The position numbers were made by a program, and so were the translations under genes. A stretch of DNA of 63,596 nucleotides, counting the filler, from Chiloscyllium plagiosum (taxonomy: Eukaryota), in assembly GCF_004010195.1 (NCBI RefSeq). It is 4 parts of one record of this genome, joined end to end, with 100 filler letters (N's around TTAATTAATTAA, not from the genome) between each part and the next. Parts side by side here need not be neighbours in the genome. Positions count along the whole stretch, not along the records: positions 29,964 to 51,584 come from NC_057717.1; 3 more parts are not named here. One strand, written 5' to 3'. Under the pieces are notes generated by a model. The model saw only the letters and a list, made by a program, of their open reading frames with translations, searched no databases and had not been told where the DNA came from. Each line of letters begins with the position of its first letter. Positions within the stretch are counted from its first letter, which is position 1. Of this stretch, positions 37,830 to 49,924 are shown one piece after another.

Positions 37830-39185
37830 TACAAATCACACAACACCAGGTTATAGAACAACAGGTGTAATTGGAAGCACTAGCTCTTCTAGCGGTGCTC
37901 CTTCATCAGTGATTGTGGAGAACAAGAATGTAAGACACCGAATTGATAGCAAAAGTTTACAGTGTGATGCATCTGAAATTATATCTTGAAAATGACCTGC
38001 AATTGTTTGTTAAGTATCTCATGTTTTAGAATGACCATGTTGGTTTCAGTTCTTTTATATATAAATCTCAAAACTTTTGTTTAAGTTACATTCTCAAGTG
38101 AACTTTAACAATTGGTGTCATGACGGTCCAGATAGGTATTCAAGGTATTAGCTCCCTGTAAGGCTATCTGTGTCAAAATGGTCAGACTGATTCTAATTTG
38201 AAAAAGATGGATTTGCAACATCTTACGTGGATTAATTATGTTTTTGAGGAAAGTTAAATGTAATTCTTCAAGTACAAATTCACCCCACAAACATATACAT
38301 GCCTGTGAGCATGTGGGAGTGCGTATGTGTTGAGGCCATGGGGGTGGATGGATCATGAGTGTCAGTGAGAGTGTGTGTTTGTGTGTGAGTGTGAATTTAA
38401 AGGGGTCTAAGTTTGTGAGAGGATCCGTGCGGGAGTCTCTGTGAGTGTATGAGTGAGGGTCTAAGTGTGTCTGCTTGTGTGTGTGTACAGTGCAATGGGG
38501 TCACACACATACACGAACACCCAATCAGACCCTACGTCATGCAATTGCGCGTACACTTCCACACACACCCTGTCACAGAATTAAACCCCTTTACAGTCAG
38601 ACTCACACATATTCACACAACCTCTCAGAGACAGTCATAACGCCCCCCGACACCTTCCCCCTCCCAAAAACTCACACTCACATGCACACATACACATATA
38701 AGTTTGTGGGGTGCATTTGCACTTGTAGAATTGCATTTTACTTTGCTCAAAAACTGAATGAATTCGTGGCAGATTCTATAAATCCGTTTTTTAGATAAGA
38801 ATAAGTGTGACCATTGTGGCACAGACAGAAGTCACAGGGAGCTAACACCTTTAATACCTTATCTGACCGACATGTTACCAACTGAAAAGTTCACTTGGGA
38901 ATGTAAATTTAAAAAAAATGTTTTACAATTTACATATGAAAGAACTGAAACCAAAATGGTCATTCGAAAAGATAAGATAATTAACAAACCATTCAGTTGT
39001 TTTTCAACATATAATTTCAGTTATATCACACTGTAAACTTCTGTTGTAAATTTTGCGCCTTACAATCACCTGATGAAGGAGCAGTGCTCCAAAAGCTAGT
39101 GCTTCCAAATAAACATGTTGAACTATAAGCTGTGAAATGTTTACCTTTCTACACCCCAGTCCAACATCGTCATCTCCAACTCATG
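37830..39185. mobile_element. ~1.35-kb inverted-repeat (head-to-head) non-autonomous Penelope-like element with a hammerhead motif in each arm
   Basis: Left arm ~37833-38420 is the reverse complement of right arm ~38570-39135 (e.g. CACCCCACAAAC/GTTTGTGGGGTG; AAGTTTACAGTGTGAT/ATCACACTGTAAACTT); CA/TG-rich centre; motif CAC-CTGATGA-A-GGAGC-agt-GCTCC-AAAAG-CTA-GTG at 39067-39101. Confidence 0.8.
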
Positions 39186-40139
39186 ACAGTCAACTATAAC
39201 AGTGAGCCTTGTCATTCAAATTCTTCTTGAACCTTCTGGTAACGTTGCGAACGAAACTCTATGCTTTGTCATCCAGGTCAACTCTATCGCTCTTGATACA
39301 ATATTAATGTTGAAAAATTGAAGTCCATCTCTCTAAATTGAAAGCACAAAATGTCTTCCTTATACCTTAGCTCCAGTGAAATCGCTGTACAACGGATGTT
39401 GGCACCAATCTCATTTCACTCCATCAATTTGTTGTGGGCTACGTTGTAATGTTGACAAGATAGTTCTCTTGGCGTACCTGCAATAATTCTTCGGAAAAAA
39501 ATGTTGTAACGTTTGAGCATACATAGTTCTGTTAGAGCATACCGCGTAAGATTCCAGTTGCCACAGTAATATCAACGATTTTTGAGGTCGTTCCTCAGGG
39601 TCGAGGATGGTTTGCTTCCACTCCAAGTAGGTTCTGTGGGAAATGAGTACTCCAGTCTTGCAGCCATTGAATCGCGATCGGGCCGTTGGTGTTTGAGGAT
39701 ATATTTGGTTGGAATGATCTGGATTCTGCGCACAGTTTTCATGATTTTCCATTACATTGTCATTTCAGAAGTCTGTCCATTTTACCAGTCAGTAGCTTTT
39801 ATTCATAAGCCTGTTATTGTCATTTATATTGTGCATTAACACTTCTTGTATTGCATGTTTATTTCAGTTCCTCACTATGTTCAGAATCCGGTGCATAGCA
39901 TAAATCAAAATAACAGTAGCGCCAGCAATGAACATTCAACATCTTTGGCAACACTTCCAAGTGTAACGCCAAAAATACTTAACTTTGTAATTAAATGCTT
40001 GAATGATTGGGGCGAAATCTGCAGCATCGGTACCAAACTCTTATGCACACCCAACCACTACCACCAATCGCAGGATTTACCGATCCATTAGAGATATTGC
40101 TTAGATGTCGGAGATCAAAATTAGGAAGATCCTGTTTCA

Positions 40140-41035
40140 AATCTATTTGTGGTTGGTAAAGTAGTGCTGGGGTACATTGTACACTTATAGTCGCTGTTTT
40201 CACGAAAGGATATCCTAACTTTGAAAACGCTTAGGTATGCATTCACTTGGATAGTTCATATTTTGAAGGTGATCTCTTTTTAATGACATCTGACAGTTTG
40301 TGCTTATTTACCAAAGTTTACTGAAATCAGGGTCAGCTGATTGAAACATACAATGTTCTGAGCAGATATGATGGGAGAGATGTTGAGAAGATGTTTCGAC
40401 GAGTAAGGGTGTTTGAATCAGAGAAACATGGCGACAGAGCCAATGAATATTCAATGCAAACCAGAAAAACAAGGAATTTCTATTCCGGAGTCTGGCCAAT
40501 GTTTGGTGCTTCTGTGACCACGTTACAAGAAAGATGTGGAGACTTTGTAGAGTGCATGTAAGAGTTTTAGGGGGATGCTGGTTAGATTGGAAGGTATGAA
40601 AAATAGGAGAGGCTCGAAAACTTCGATTTGTTGTCTCTGCAGCAGCCGACATTCAGGGGAGACTTGGTCGAAGTCTGAAAGCTTATGGTCTGTGCATGAA
40701 GCATTGGCAGTCAGGGAGTTTTTTTTTTATAGAAATTCAAATATATAATATTAGGGTGAATGCACGTATGATGGGCGGAGGAATTTTGAAAGCAGAGGGC
40801 ATTTGCATATTTTACGCAGAGAAGATTCGGACTCAGGATCAGACTACTGGGGTGATGTTGCATGCAGATATGTTAGGTGCGTTGCAGGTACCTTTACACG
40901 ACCTCATGAAATTCAGAAATTGAGGGATATATAGCAATGCAGACAGAAGAAAATATTTTAATTTCGGACCTTGTTCGGCATAATGTCGTGGACAGAGAAG
41001 CACGTTACTGTGTTGTATTTTTGTAGTTTCTATGT
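40140..41035 (+). mobile_element. Old CR1 LINE 3' fragments
   Basis: Degenerate LERVQRRF and RGDL-type DNA (GGAGACTTTGTAGAGTGCATGTAAGAG; CAGGGGAGACTTG) ending in a TTTCTATGTT tail. Confidence 0.55.
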
Positions 41036-41396
41036 TGTCAAGGAATTGATTTCCCATTGATAATATTGTAAGAGCTAAGGAATGGATTCCCAAAGTGCTG
41101 GTGAGCTGACGGTTATGTTGAGCTTCCACAAGACAGGAGTGAAGACTTGAGGCAAATCAACTTTAATGCAAGAAAGAAACATAATCCCTTAGAAGCTATC
41201 CACTCTTCAAATTTTTCATACCTCCTTCTCACTGTTATATTTGCACTTGCTCCCCATTTTCCTTGAATTCATTAAAATCCTTGACGATTTTTTGAAATAT
41301 ATTCAGTGAATTTACCTCCTCAGTCTTCTTTGATAGAATATTCTACATTATCATTGACTTCTTTCAAACTGACATAAGCTTAATCTCATTCATAAA

Positions 41397-42010
41397 CAGA
41401 ACATAGAACATAGATAAGTACAGCACAAAACAGATCCGTCGGCCTACGATGTTTTGCCGAGATTATTCCTAACCTAAAATATAGTAACATGACCTACGCA
41501 CTCCTCAATTCACTGATGTGCATATGCATGTCCAGCAGACGCTTAAATGTCTCTAATGACTCTGCTTCTGCCACCACCACTGGCAATCCATTCCAAGCAT
41601 TCACAACTCACTGCTGAAAGATCTTAACTCTGACGTCTCCTCCATAGCTTCCTGGTAATATTCTAAAACGATGACACCTCGTGCCAGTCAATCCTGCCCT
41701 GGGAAAAGGTCTCTATGACTCTATGCAAACCTCTCATTACCTTGGATACCTCGATCAGGTCTCTCTTCCTCCTTCTCTCCAGAGAGAACATTCGAGATTA
41801 GTCAACCTCTCTTCATAAGGTAAGCCGCCCCCTCCATATAATTCCTATAATAGGGCGACCAGGTTTGGACACAAAACTGCAAGTGTGGTCTCGTAGAACT
41901 GAAGCAAAATATCGCGGCTTTTGAACTCGGTCTCCCTGTCAATGAAAGCCAAAGCACCAAAGGCTTTCTTCACAATCCTATCCACTTGGGTGGCAACTTT
42001 GAGCGATCTG
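41397..42010 (-). mobile_element. CR1 LINE 3' fragment
   Basis: AGAACATAGAACATAG tail; homologous to the CR1 at 22929. Confidence 0.88.
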
Positions 42011-42011
42011 C

Positions 42012-44100
42012 ACATAGAACATAGAACATAGAAAAGTACAGCACAGAACAGGCCCTTTGGCCCACGATGTTGTGCTAAGATTTCATCCTAATGTAAAATA
42101 TAGTAACCTAACCTACGCATCCTTCAACTCACTGCTATCCACGTGCATGTCTCACAGTCGCTTAAATCTCCCAAAGACTCTGTTTCCACCACCACAGCTG
42201 GCAACGCATTCCATGAATTCAAACTCTTAGCGTAAAGAACAAACCTCTGACGTCTCCCTTATACCTTCCCTCTAATATCTTCAAACTATGAGTCCTCGTA
42301 CCAGTCAATCCTGCCCTGGAGAGAAGTCTCTGGCTCTTGACTGTATCTATTCCACTCATTATTTTATACATCTCGATCAGGGCTCCTCTCTTCCTCCTTC
42401 TCTCCAGAGAGAAAAGTCCGAGCTTATTCCAACTTCTTTCATAAGGCAAGCCCTCCAGTTCAGGTAGCATCTGGGTAAAGCTTTTTTCACCTTATCCAAA
42501 GCCTCTGTATCTTTCTTCTAGTAGAGCGACCAGAACTGGACACAATATTCCAAGTGTTGTCTCACCAGAGACTTGCAGAGCTGCAGCAAAACCCCGCGGT
42601 TCTGAAACTCGATCTCCCGTTAATGAAAGCCAAAGCACCATATGCTTTTATAACAACCCTATCCGCTTGGGAGGCAACTTTGAAGGATCTATGTACTTGC
42701 ACACCGAAGTCCCTCTGTTCCTCCACACTGCCAAGACTCATGTCTTTAACCCTTGATTCAGCATTCGAGTTCGGCCTTACAAAATACTTCACCTCGTAAG
42801 CATCCAGGTTGAACTCCATCTGCCATTTCTCAGCCCAGGTCTGCATCCTGTCCAGGTCGCGCTGCAGCCTGCAGTAGCCCTCTATACTATTGACAACAAC
42901 TCCAACCTTTGTGTCATCTGCAAACTTACTAACCTCCCATCAACCTCCTCATCCAAGTTATTTATAAAAACAACAAACAGCAGAGGCCCATGAACAGAGC
43001 CCTGCGGGATCCCACTCAACACTGACCTCCAGGCAGAATACTTTCCATTCAAAACCCCTCTCCGCCTTCTGTCAGCCAGACAATTCTGAATCTAGATATG
43101 ATTTCCCCCCCCCCCCNNNNNNNNNNNNNNNNNNNNNNNNNNNNNNNNNNNNNNNNNNNNNNNNNNNNNNNNNNNNNNNNNNNNNNNNNNNNNNNNNNNN
43201 NNNNNNNNNNNNNNNNNNNNNNNNNNNNNNNNNNNNNNNNNNNNNNNNNNNNNNNNNNNNNNNNNNNNNNNNNNNNNNNNNNNNNNNNNNNNNNNNNNNN
43301 NNNNNNNNNNNNNNNNNNNNNNNNNNNNNNNNNNNNNNNNNNNNNNNNNNNNNNNNNNNNNNNNNNNNNNNNNNNNNNNNNNNNNNNNNNNNNNNNNNNN
43401 NNNNNNNNNNNNNNNNNNNNNNNNNNNNNNNNNNNNNNNNNNNNNNNNNNNNNNNNNNNNNNNNNNNNNNNNNNNNNNNNNNNNNNNNNNNNNNNNNNNN
43501 NNNNNNNNNNNNNNNNNNNNNNNNNNNNNNNNNNNNNNNNNNNNNNNNNNNNNNNNNNNNNNNNNNNNNNNNNNNNNNNNNNNNNNNNNNNNNNNNNNNN
43601 NNNNNNNNNNNNNNNNNNNNNNNNNNNNNNNNNNNNNNNNNNNNNNNNNNNNNNNNNNNNNNNNNNNNNNNNNNNNNNNNNNNNNNNNNNNNNNNNNNNN
43701 NNNNNNNNNNNNNNNNNNNNNNNNNNNNNNNNNNNNNNNNNNNNNNNAGGGCTTATGCCCGAAACGTCGATTCTCCTGTTCCCTGGATGCTGCCAGACCT
43801 GCTGCGCTTTTCCAGCAACACATTTTCAGCTCTGAATCTAGATAGCCAAATCTCCCTGTATCCCATACTTCCTGACTTTAGGAATGAGCCTACCATGGGG
43901 AAACTTATCAAATGCCTTGCTGAAGTCCATATACGCCACATCCACTGGTCTACCATCGTTGACCTGTCCTGACACCTCCTCTAAGAAGTCAATACGATTG
44001 AGGCATGTTCTTCCCCTCACAAAGCCATGCTGACTGCCTTTAATCATCTATGCTTTTCCAAATAGTCACAAATCCTATCCCTCAGAATTCTTTCCAAGCT
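42012..44100 (-). mobile_element. CR1 LINE (RT) interrupted by a PLE insertion spanning the N-gap
   Basis: LFSLERRRKRG, WAEKWQMEFN, YMDFSKAFD. TCTGAATCTAGATA is duplicated at 43085 and 43831 around the insert, which ends in a PLE tail (GGGCTTATGCCCGAAACGTC at 43749). Confidence 0.88.
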
Positions 44101-44104
44101 TAAA

Positions 44105-44675
44105 CACCAAGATTCCACTGTTCCTACAAACTTCCAAGAATCCTGTCTTTAATCCTATATTCATCATTCAAGGTCGACGTCCCAAAATGCGTCACTTCGC
44201 ATTTATCCAGTTTGCAATCCATCAACCATTTCTCAGCCAAGATCTGCATCCTGTCTATGTCGCACTGCAACCTGCAATCGCTCTCGATACTAGCGGCAAG
44301 TACAACCATTGTGTCATCGGCAAATTTACGAACCCACCCCTTAACCTCCTCATCCAAGTAATTTATAAAGCTACAAAGAGCAGAAGCCTTGTGGGACACC
44401 TTTCACGACTGACCACCGAACAGAATGCATTCCATCTACAGCCACTCTCTGACTTCTGTCAGCCAACCAATTCTGAATTTAGACAGCCAAGCCTCCCTGT
44501 TTCCCATACCTCTTGACTTTATGAATAAGCCTAGCATGGAGGACCTTATGAAAAGCCTTGCTGAAGACCATATACAACATATGTACTCCTCGACCTTCAT
44601 CGACCTGTCTCGCCATCTCCTTAAAGAACTCAGAAAGCAATATGAGACATGACATGCTCCTCACAAGGCCATGCT
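44105..44675 (-). mobile_element. CR1 LINE RT fragment
   Basis: VRKFADDT, YMVFSKAFHKV, KHGLVRSMSCL. Confidence 0.82.
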
Positions 44676-45127
44676 TTAGTTCACACCACCCTAAGACGGT
44701 GCCCATTGCTCTGAATGGGAATATGCTGGGATCGTTGAATGTATCTGCAAAGCATGTAGGGAGAGTTCAGTAAAACTTTCTGCTGTTGTTTGATAAAGTT
44801 TGCAGGAGAAGGCGAAATTTGTGGTAAAGGAAAGCCATTCCGGAATTAACTGGTTATTGTTCTCGGATGATAATCAAGGGAAAGCTCGGATGTCATTCAT
44901 GGGCATTCTGTTCAGGTGATCGAAACTGCATACTTTCCTCAAATTCAAAGTTTTCAAATGCGTTGAATGTTTAATCGACAAGAAAGCTTGGTCAAGATCC
45001 GCTTTTTTGGTTAGGAGACACATTGCGAATTCCGAAAGCTTTTGTTCAATAAACTGCATCTGAAATCCCTGCTAAATTAGTGTTTTTGGTATTAGTTTTC
45101 AAACAACAAATTGGCTTTGCGATTCCT

Positions 45128-45165
45128 GATTCCTGATGAAGGGCATTTGCCCGAAACGTCGATTT
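45128..45165 (+). ncRNA. Minimal type I hammerhead ribozyme motif with intact core (PLE family B), in a 140-bp cassette 45123-45262
   Basis: GATTC-CTGATGA-A-GGGCA-TT-TGCCC-GAAAC-GTC-GATTT; cassette flanked by a perfect 15-bp duplication AAATTGGCTTTGCGA (45108, 45263). Confidence 0.7.
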
Positions 45166-45980
45166 TGCCTGTCCTCGGATGCTGCCTGAACTGCTGTGCT
45201 CTTCCAGCACCACTGATCCAGAATCTGGTTTCCAGCATCTGCAGTCATTGTTTTTACCTCCTAAATTGGCTTTGCGAGCAGAGTGCTGTCCACTGGATCA
45301 GATAAATGGCCATTGCCTCAGCTTCAGAGAACAACACCAAATAAATGTGGGAATTTAGACTACAGTAATTGCCCACAACGAATTGGTGCTATAGTGCAGT
45401 AATTGATGAGCTGTTTCGAAATGATGTGAAAATATCCGTCCTTTTTCTTCTGAGTTAAGAACAATCGGACAAGGGGGTATTTGTCTGCAGCACGCAGTCT
45501 GTGACGCTGTTAAAAGGGCTTGACCCCATCCAAAACGCCGGACTCTAAATTTGGAATGGAGACTTGGAACAAAATACCTGGGGTATGATATTCGGATGTC
45601 AGTGTTGTTGCTGTGAGACTGCCAGATAAATTAATGCGGGATACGGGGAATTGGTGACTTTCCATTGCTGGACTCCAATATGAACGGCCACGACGGGGAT
45701 GTGACGTGAAGGAAAACACAACTACAATGCCGCCAGTGGTTCAAACACAGTTGAGAAATCGGTGGAGTTCGAGTGTATAAACATTTCATTTTTTTACGGC
45801 CGGACAGGAAGGTAAACGCACACCCCCGCAGACTCTCATTGAGCAGTACATGACAGACATACCTTCAATCATTAAATGAATGGAAAACGGGGGATGGGAT
45901 GAATGCTAAGTCCTGTATCAAAAACGAAGTTGTCCCTTCGGACAAAAGGGAGATAGAACCAAGAATACTGGGCTTGTTTT

Positions 45981-46812
45981 AAACAAAAAACAAAGAAAAT
46001 TTACAGCCCAGGAACAGGCCCTTCGGTTTCCACCGCTGAGCCGATCCAAATGTACTGTCTAAACTTGTTGCTCAATTCCTAAGCATCTGTATCCCTCTAC
46101 TCCCCACCTATTCATGCACTTATCCAGACGCATCTTAAAAGAATCTACCGTGCCTGCGTCCACCACATCTGCTGGCAACAGGTGCCAAACGACCATCACC
46201 CTTGATGTGTAGTACTTGGCGCGTGTCTCCCCTTCAAACTTTCCAAATTGAAAGTGTGACCTCTCGTTATTGGATAATTCACCTTGGGAAAAAGCTTGTC
46301 CCTATCCAACCTGTCTATATCCTTTATGATTTTATAAAACTCAATCAGGTCTCCCCTCAATCTCCTTTTTTCAAATGAAAATAAACCTAAACTACTCTTC
46401 ATAGCTAACACCTTCCACACCAGACAACCTCCTCGTAAAACTTCTCTGCACCATCTCAAAAGCGTCCACATCTTTTTGGTAATGCGGCGACCATATCTAT
46501 GCTCAATATTCTAAATGCGGCCGAACCAATGTCTTGGAGAATATTAACATGCTTTGCCATCTCTTATTATCATTGCTCCGTCCAATGAAGGCAAGAATAC
46601 TATATGCCTTCTTGACCACTCTTTCCACCTGTGCAGCAATCTTCAGTGTACAATGGACCTGTACTCCCTGATCTCTCTGCCCATCAACTTTTCCCAAGGC
46701 TCTTCCGTTCATTGTATAATTCGCTGTGGAATTTGTCTTGCCTAATTGCATCGCCTCACATTTGTCTGCATTGAAATCCATCTGCCACTTTTCCACCCAA
46801 CTGTCCAGTCCA
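45981..46812 (-). mobile_element. CR1 LINE 3' fragment
   Basis: GLFSFEKRRLRGDLIEFYK, WVEKWQMDFNADKC, TLVRPHLEY; same subfamily as 21005. Confidence 0.9.
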
Positions 46813-46869
46813 ATTTGGTGCATCAATAGCTGGCCTTATAGGTTAATCCTCAGAATCCACAAAGAGGTC

Positions 46870-48265
46870 AACATAGAACATGAAACATAGTACAATACAG
46901 CGCAAAACAGGCCCTTCGGCCCTCGATGTTGCGCCGACTTGTGAACGTTTCTGAGCTCGTCCCCCTGCACTATCAAAAAATCATCCATGTGCTCAGCTAA
47001 GGATTGTTTAAATCTTCGTAATGTGGCTCAGTTGAATACAATAGCTGGTAGGTAAAAAAAAAAACAAGGACTGCAGGTGCTGGAAACCAGAGTAGAGATT
47101 AGTGGGCTTTTGCCAGAAACGTCGATTTTCCTACTCCTAGGATGCTGCCTAACCTGCTGTGTTTTTCCAGCACCATTATCATCTTGACTCTGCATTAGCA
47201 GATAGGGCATTCCACGCCCTTACCACTCTCTGCGTAAAGAACCTGCCTCTTACATCCCTTAATTTGTTGTTATGCCCCCCGTGCACTCTGATGTCATCAT
47301 CCTGTGAAAAGGACTTTCACTGCCTACCCTATCTTATCCTCTGCTCATTTTTTATGTCTCCATCAAATCCCCTCTTAGCCTTCCTCTTGCCAATGAGAAC
47401 AGGTTCAAGTCTCTCAGCCTTTTCTGATAAGACCTTCCTTCTTGACCAGTCAACATCCTGGTAAAATCTCCTCTGTACATTTTCCAATGTTTCCACTTCC
47501 TTCCCGAAATATGGGGACCAGAACTGTACACAATATTCCAAGGATGGCCGCACCAGCGTTTTGTATAGTTGCAGCATTATATTTCGGCTCTGGAATTCAA
47601 TCCCTCTACGAATGAAGCCTAACACACCGTATGCCTTCTTAATAGCACTATCCAGCTGGGAGCAACTAAAAGGGATCAATGTACATGGACTCCCAGATCC
47701 CTCTGTATATTCACAATACCAAGAATCTTTCCACTGACCCAGTACTCTGCCTTCTTGTTATTCTTCCCAAAGTGAATCACCTCACATTTAGCTGCATTGA
47801 ACTTCATTTGCGACCTCTCAGCCCAATTCTGCAGTTTATCCAAGTCCCCCGCAACCTGGAACATTCTTCCTCGCTGTCCACTACTCCACAGACTTTAGTA
47901 TCATCTGGAAATTTACCAATCCATCCACCTATGCCTGCGTCTAAGTCATTTACAATAATGACAAACAGCAGTGGTGCCAAAACAGATGCTTGTGGCACAC
48001 CACTGGTAACCGGACTCCAGGCTGAATATTTTCCATCAACCACCACTCTCTGCCTTCTTTCAGAAAGCCAGTTTCTAATCCACACTGCTAAATCACCTTC
48101 AATTCCTTGCCTCTGCATTTTCTTAAACAGTCTACCATATTGAATCTTATCAAAGTTTTTACTGAAATCCATGTATACCACGTCAACTGCCCTACCCTCA
48201 TCTACATGAATGGTCACCTTCTCAAAATACTCAATGAGGTTTGTGAGCCACGGCCTGCCCTTGAA
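46870..48265 (-). mobile_element. CR1 LINE RT fragment with a nested PLE tail cassette (~47055-47195)
   Basis: YMDFSKNFD, VTSGVPQASVLAP, KFPDDTK, LVRPSLEYCVQFWSP. Confidence 0.9.
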
Positions 48266-49018
48266 AAGAATCTTAGAATCACAGTTTGGGAAATAAGGGC
48301 CAGAGGACACTTGGAAAAATGCAGATTAACGGCCCTTCTTAGAAATTGGCCTTTCTGATAAATCCTTTGCGTGAATTAGTCAACTGGCTAACTTGTAATA
48401 TTCGAAATAAAGGATTGTATGTGTGTGTGTGTGCGAGCGAGAGAGGGAGAGAGACTGTTGTCAAATGAATGGGGACAAATATTTCTGTAGAGGCACACCA
48501 TCAAAAGGGAAAGGATGGGTGGACATAGAGAAAGAACGAACCACTAGAATGAAATGGCAATTGAATTGGTCACACATTTCAGTGAAAAGGAAGTTTAGAT
48601 GAGAGTACGGAACTGATAGATTTCTCTTTTTGATGCTTGTGTCCTTGTCTTTCCTTGAGGAACTTGGATTATACCACCGATTGTGACATTTTGAATAGGC
48701 ATAGGGAGATAAGCAAAATCTCATAGATCTTTTGATAAGATCATATGGAAGTCAAGAATGCGTGACCTTCTTGGGATAGCAATATACTTTGCAAAACCGA
48801 TTGTTACCTCCGTGGTCAACAACATGGTTGAGTGCTGTAAGAAAACAAATCTACTGAAGATCGAACTTTAAACATTAAGACCTACTTGAGAAATGGATTA
48901 ATATGGCTTGGGAGAGCACAATAGACGAGACATAGATATAATTCATCGAGAAACTAGCTTCAAAACAGTGATAGTGAGCTAGGTAGAGGGGGAAATCAGA
49001 AATTATACTCCTGTCACT

Positions 49019-49432
49019 TTGCAGAATCATCTGGGCCTTGACTATTTGCCAAAGGCCCAGGGTGTCACCTTTGCTGATATTGGCTCCAACTGTTGCACGT
49101 TCATTGCGAACGCTACAGACAATATAACTAAACATGCGGATCCCACACGTCTTGAGGCAGATACAATTCCGTAGGAAGGGCAATGGTTTCTTGATTTTAA
49201 TACACCGGGGTCGCTACGGTAGCTACTAGGCGATTTTTAGGGCTCGTACTGTTGGCATGCCTTAATCATACTCATTGTTCTCGCTATAGCTGGGAGCATT
49301 GTCACAGCTCCCTTTAAATCGTGTTGTAAAGACTTGACTGCCAGCGATCTGTCTAGGGCCAGTGTTCATGTTATTAAAACTGTGGAGTGCCCCTTGATGG
49401 GGGACACCGAGACATTTTGGAAATTACTGTAA
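49019..49432 (+). pseudogene. env: Retroviral gamma-type env TM subunit remnant (not in the ORF track)
   Basis: One frame reads LQNHLGLDYLPKAQGVTFADIGSNCCTFIANATDNIT (immunosuppressive domain; CX6CC with first C>F), then three TAG stops, the membrane anchor ALIILIVLAIAGSIVTA, a CC-containing tail and TAA at 49430. Confidence 0.85.
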
Positions 49433-49924
49433 ATCTTCTGCAGTCCATGGTTAATCAAGGCCTTTAACCATCAGCGGGACTGAAGTCGAACATGCTGGGA
49501 TCGTTGACTAATTTTGTCAAGCATGCTGAAATTGTTGATTAAGATTTTGTGCTGGTGGTTACAAAAACTTTTGTTCATGTTTTGCTTTTGTCCTGATGGT
49601 TGGTAAAGCTTCCAGGAGCAGGCAAAAGTGGAAGTCACGTAAAACCACCAACTCAATTTAACCAGTTACTGCGCTTAGATAAATGTTATGGGATAGCTCG
49701 AATTACAGTCGTGAGACACTCTGATTACATGACTAGATCTGTGTAATTTGATATAATTAAAAACATAAAGGATGATAAATTTTGTTATCAGCGAAATAGT
49801 TTGGTTAATACTCGTGTTTCAGTTTAAAAAACACGTTTCCCCAAAAAGTTTTCGATCAATAAACTGTGTCTGAAATCACCTTTAAATTCGTACTTTGATA
49901 TAGTGTTTTGCTAACAACACCTCG

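Larger units (their letters stand above)
44712..49919 (+). mobile_element. Old endogenous retrovirus remnant: LTR 44712-45108, PBS, pol-less interior with nested CR1s, env, LTR 49481-49919
   Basis: Diverged direct repeats start TGAA..ATGCTGGGATCGTTGA..AAGCATG and end AATAAACTG..TCTGAAATC..TAAATT..AACAACA; TGGCTTTGCGAGCAG (tRNA-Ser-like PBS) follows the first; env TM precedes the second. Confidence 0.7.

Noticed and set aside
43092..43835. Long ORFs spanning N-gaps (also 54489-55019 and 58299-59070)
   Set aside because: Length comes from undefined bases, not coding sequence
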